From Candidatus Fimenecus sp. (GTDB lineage: Bacteria > Bacillota > Clostridia > Oscillospirales > Acutalibacteraceae), in contig JBJEPX010000004.1 of the NCBI GenBank assembly GCA_051881455.1, positions 6,591-70,590 of the forward strand: 64,000 nucleotides of DNA, given 5' to 3'. The notes under the pieces are model-generated. The model was not told where the DNA came from. It did not search any database and saw only the letters and a list, made by a program, of their open reading frames with translations. This document shows, in pieces, positions 60,931 through 64,000 of this stretch. Position 1 is the stretch's first letter. Every line of letters starts with the position of its first letter. The position numbers and the translations under genes were made by a program.

Positions 60931-62058
60931 TTATTTAATCAAATACTTAATAAGTATTCCGCCTGCTGCAACTGCCGCGGCAACAACTGCGGCACCTTTA
61001 ATATATGGCTTTACCGAATCCACACTGCTGGGAGCGTATGTATAAGCGGCATATTTAAGACGGTTACCCACATCAAAGTTTTCAATATCAGCAACTGTCA
61101 GCGTTGATGTTTTAAAATCGGCAGGATTTTCTTCATTAAAATCGTAAATCCGCACGCCTCTGTTTTTGGCAGGACCGTAAATATTAAATCCACATCCCTG
61201 ACAGTAGCCCATTTTCATACCCTTATATTCGCCTACAAAACTGTTGTTATGGTCGTGGCCGAAAAATGCGCCGAACACATCGCCTTTTTCACGAAACGCG
61301 TCAAACTCGCCGCCGTTAATGTCGGGTACACTGGGCGTTTCGCCTATAAAGGAACGATCGTCAATAACGGTGGTTTCGGGATTAAGAGCAAAGTATTTAC
61401 CGTTATACTTTCGGTATCCCTTAGCGCTCCCCTTTGTGCCTCTCGGCACTTCCTTTAAAAGCTCGTAAATCTCGGGAACGGGAATATGCTGAAATACTAT
61501 TGAGGGAACATAACCGCCGTTTTTATCTTTAAGATTGTCCCTCGTTTTTCTGTACCAATCAAGCTGATTTTCGCTCACATGGGCGCAGGAGCCGCCCGCG
61601 CTCATTGAAAGGCTGTCGATAAGATAAACATTCAGTTTTGTTCTTCCGTCAGCACCGAGAATTTCAAGATTATGGTTACAATAGCCGTCAATTTCATCGT
61701 CCGCGTTGTATGCAAGGCAGTTTTCGTGGGATTTATATATCTCATACTGCTCTTGTTTCGATATTGAAAAAGAAGTGTCGTCATGATTTCCGAAAACGAA
61801 AGTAAAAGGCACTCCTGCCTCGTCAAGGGGCTTTAATAGATTATTTATGGCGCAAGCCACATTCTTTTTTCTGTCGCCCATAGCAAGGTTAACGCCGTAA
61901 CCTTTTATCTGGTCGCCCGTAAATACCACAAGGTCAGGCTTAACCGTTTTAAGAGCATAACGGATAAGCTCCACCGTTGCCGGAGCAGTTTTGTTTGTAT
62001 CCTGTGTATCGGCAATCTGCATAATGCGGAATTTGCCGTTATTGAATTTAAGTTCCAT
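60931..62058 (-). CDS. Metallophosphoesterase with a C-terminal TM anchor
   Basis: IMQIADTQD, FTGDQIKG, GNHDD and GHDHNN motifs are present. The C-terminus reads AAVVAAAVAAGGILIKYLIK. Confidence 0.8.
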   Translation of the reverse strand: MELKFNNGKFRIMQIADTQDTNKTAPATVELIRYALKTVKPDLVVFTGDQIKGYGVNLAMGDRKKNVACAINNLLKPLDEAGVPFTFVFGNHDDTSFSISKQEQYEIYKSHENCLAYNADDEIDGYCNHNLEILGADGRTKLNVYLIDSLSMSAGGSCAHVSENQLDWYRKTRDNLKDKNGGYVPSIVFQHIPVPEIYELLKEVPRGTKGSAKGYRKYNGKYFALNPETTVIDDRSFIGETPSVPDINGGEFDAFREKGDVFGAFFGHDHNNSFVGEYKGMKMGYCQGCGFNIYGPAKNRGVRIYDFNEENPADFKTSTLTVADIENFDVGNRLKYAAYTYAPSSVDSVKPYIKGAAVVAAAVAAGGILIKYLIK

Positions 62059-62226
62059 ATCATCACCGAAAACATTATATAATTATTACATAGTAATTTC
62101 AAGTGTATAAATAGTGTTTTCGAGTTGAAAATCATCACTCCACGCTCAGTGGACTCATTTCTAATCAGCGTAGGTTGTATTTTATCTCCGAAAATGATAT
62201 ATTAAATGCAGAAAAGAGGGATCGTT

Positions 62227-63069
62227 ATGAACAATACAATGATTGGTCAATTTATTTCTGCAAAAAGAAAATCGTTGGGAATGACTCAACAAGAATTGGC
62301 GGAAAAACTGCAAATAACAAATAAAGCTGTTTCCAAATGGGAAACAGGCGACGGTATGCCCGACATCCAATTGCTAAAGCCCTTGTCAAAAATATTGGGT
62401 GTTACCGTTGACGATATTCTGAACGGCGAAGAAAAAGAAGCTGTAAAATCCAAACCCACACTGCCCATTTTTTGCTGGAATCTGCCCGCGAGCGTTGTAA
62501 TTGTTTGCATATTAGCATGTGCATTTGCCGTTAACTATGCCATAATTTGCTTAAATTCAATTTTTCAACACGCAATTATTGCCGGTTTCAACGAGTCGTT
62601 TGAAGGGACATTTCAGCGCATACTTATCTCACTGGGATTTTTTGCTTATTGGATTATAATTTCCGCCATATTTATGTGCCGCACTCTCAAAATATTCGAT
62701 TATGAAGTTAAGTGTGAAAAGCCGTTGACAATTATTGCTTTTATATCGGGATTTGTAATGCTGTTTGCACAGCAAATTGACCTTTCTCCTATAAACTACG
62801 GTATGTTTATGTTTTCTTTTGCATTACTTTTAGGCACATTCCACGGTTACAGGTTGCCGCACAAACTTTTCTTCGGATTTACTGTACTTTTCACTTGCGT
62901 TAACGGTATTGCCGGAATAGTAGATTGCTTGCATGATATCACACATGACCAAATGTATATTTTTATTTATAAATTTGTCACTGCTCTGATTTTCTATATT
63001 TCTTATGAATTGCTTGAAAAATTCAGCAGTGAATATGAGGGATATGAAGAACAGCGTTCATCAAATTGA
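62227..63069 (+). CDS. XRE-family HTH domain fused to a polytopic membrane domain
   Basis: HTH_3 segment IGQFISAKRKSLGMTQQELAEKLQITNKAVSKWETG, followed by about 6 TM segments. Confidence 0.75.
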   Translation: MNNTMIGQFISAKRKSLGMTQQELAEKLQITNKAVSKWETGDGMPDIQLLKPLSKILGVTVDDILNGEEKEAVKSKPTLPIFCWNLPASVVIVCILACAFAVNYAIICLNSIFQHAIIAGFNESFEGTFQRILISLGFFAYWIIISAIFMCRTLKIFDYEVKCEKPLTIIAFISGFVMLFAQQIDLSPINYGMFMFSFALLLGTFHGYRLPHKLFFGFTVLFTCVNGIAGIVDCLHDITHDQMYIFIYKFVTALIFYISYELLEKFSSEYEGYEEQRSSN

Positions 63070-63080
63070 TATAACTATTA

Positions 63081-63112
63081 AAAAAAACAGCCATCTGAAA
63101 TGGCTGTTTTTT
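63081..63112. terminator. Bidirectional terminator
   Basis: AAAAAACAGCCAT-ctgaa-ATGGCTGTTTTTT. Confidence 0.8.
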
Positions 63113-63164
63113 GAGAAATTATTTACTTTCAATCAATAATTGATTTCAGGCTATATCACAAATA

Positions 63165-63512
63165 CTAATTCTGTGTTGCAGAATTCGCTTCCGCACCTGA
63201 CGCCTCGTCAGAAGTCGGCTCGTCGGTAATCAACTTGCCGTTGGAGTCATATCTTCCTGTGTCAATCATTGTTGGGAACGCGGCGTACACTCTCTTGCCG
63301 TTTTCAAGGGAAAATGTATTTCCGAACAAGTCTTTGTAATAAGTAATCGGTTGACCGTTATCATTCAAATAGACTTCGCCTTTTTCGTTTTTAACATATT
63401 GCGCTTCTGATTTGTATAATGCAAAAACCAAACAAAACAGAGCAACAGCCGCAACAAGAACTCCTGTAACTATTAAAATACACTTTTTCTTTGCTGTTTT
63501 ATTCATAGACAC
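63165..63512 (-). CDS. Hypothetical membrane-anchored small protein
   Basis: An N-terminal KKK plus TM (CILIVTGVLVAAVALFCLVFAL) precedes an ~80-aa soluble tail. A TTGACA-17-TACAAA promoter lies near 63590-63618. No recognisable family. Confidence 0.5.
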   Translation of the reverse strand: MSMNKTAKKKCILIVTGVLVAAVALFCLVFALYKSEAQYVKNEKGEVYLNDNGQPITYYKDLFGNTFSLENGKRVYAAFPTMIDTGRYDSNGKLITDEPTSDEASGAEANSATQN

Positions 63513-63704
63513 CCGCTTCTTTTCAAAAGATTTCAGATTTTATAATGAAAAGCCAATAGTAAAACTATGGACTTTTCAATTCTTTTGTACCATAAATATT
63601 ACTGCTTGTCAATAGAAAGCATCAAGTGATTTTACGGTTATTACAGTGTGCTGATTTATCCCCTATGAGGTTTCTCGCTTTTCACATCCTCGTTATTAGT
63701 TTCC

Positions 63705-63742
63705 GCATAAAACAACCCGACAAAGAAAACCTCGTCGGGTTG
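63705..63742 (-). terminator. Terminator of the PEP carboxykinase gene
   Basis: CAACCCGAC-n12-GTCGGGTTG, followed on the minus strand by TTTT. Confidence 0.65.
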
Positions 63743-63757
63743 TTTGCTTATATGAAA

Positions 63758-64000
63758 TTATTTAAGATTTGCTTTGAGGGTTTCGAGTTCCTCTTTGAGT
63801 GTTGCGGGAAGCTTATCGCCGAACTTTGCATAGAACTCCTCGATTCCCTCTGCCTCTGCTGCCCAAAGGTCCTTATCAACATCAAGGATGCTTTCAAGGG
63901 ATTCAAGGCTTACCTCGTCTTCAATACCTTCAAGGTTGATGTCCTTTGCATAGGGAAGATAGCCGATTGCTGTTTCCTGTGCGTCAACCTCGCCGTCGCA
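63758..64000 (-). CDS. pck: GTP-dependent phosphoenolpyruvate carboxykinase, C-terminal 80 codons (5' part outside window)
   Basis: My own translation gives ...DGEVDAQETAIGYLPYAKDINLEGIEDEVSLESLESILDVDKDLWAAEAEGIEEFYAKFGDKLPATLKEELETLKANLK*. This matches the characteristic C-terminal tail of GTP-PEPCK. It is absent from the ORF track because it has no start in the window. Confidence 0.75.
   Translation of the reverse strand, partial: CDGEVDAQETAIGYLPYAKDINLEGIEDEVSLESLESILDVDKDLWAAEAEGIEEFYAKFGDKLPATLKEELETLKANLK

Overview
Chromosomal window from a low-GC, endospore-forming Firmicute. It looks Clostridia-like: a gerA-type germinant receptor operon, GGAGG-type Shine-Dalgarno sites and TGn-extended -10 promoters. 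All calls rest on by-eye motif recognition; no database search or computation was possible.

I can support about 48 protein genes and one nonsense-disrupted gene. I saw no rRNA, tRNA, CRISPR array, transposase, integrase or phage genes.

Gene content:
- Housekeeping blocks: csoR-copA copper efflux, lgt-folD, an M16 peptidase pair, rmuC, a PrsA-like PPIase and the 3' end of a GTP-dependent PEP carboxykinase.
- A scattered, mostly cytoplasmic glycan-degradation repertoire: two GH38 alpha-mannosidases, a DUF5054/GH38-like protein, two GH36-like paralogues, GH3, GH51, a BNR/sialidase-like protein, nanA/nanE/ROK kinase, nagB, a phosphohexomutase and a GPH-type MFS symporter. TetR, AraC and GntR regulators accompany these genes.
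- Germination genes: gerXA-XB-XC and DUF421/DUF4363.
- Signalling genes: a mini Ser/Thr kinase with an HTH partner, and a Cache-GGDEF(degenerate)-EAL protein.

The most unusual unannotated structure is a ~315-bp imperfectly palindromic cassette at 40840-41154.
- It is wedged into the nagB terminator and bracketed by 27/28-nt direct repeats.
- Two homologous, inward-facing promoter/leader arms make up its ends.
- One arm drives a 23-codon hydrophobic ORF whose SD can be sequestered.
- The other arm drives a ~85-nt non-coding RNA that ends in a shared bidirectional terminator.
- The layout resembles a type I toxin-antitoxin module or a miniature mobile module.

Other points worth a second look:
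- An in-frame TAG at a conserved Trp in one GH36 paralogue.
- A copA-copZ read-through fusion that keeps an internal SD.
- Three clusters of GC-rich intergenic hairpin modules that share a 35-nt unit.
- A radical-SAM gene paired with a polytopic membrane protein.
- A YtrA-type GntR/ABC operon with an 815-aa permease.
- A possible non-ATG start on a metallophosphoesterase.
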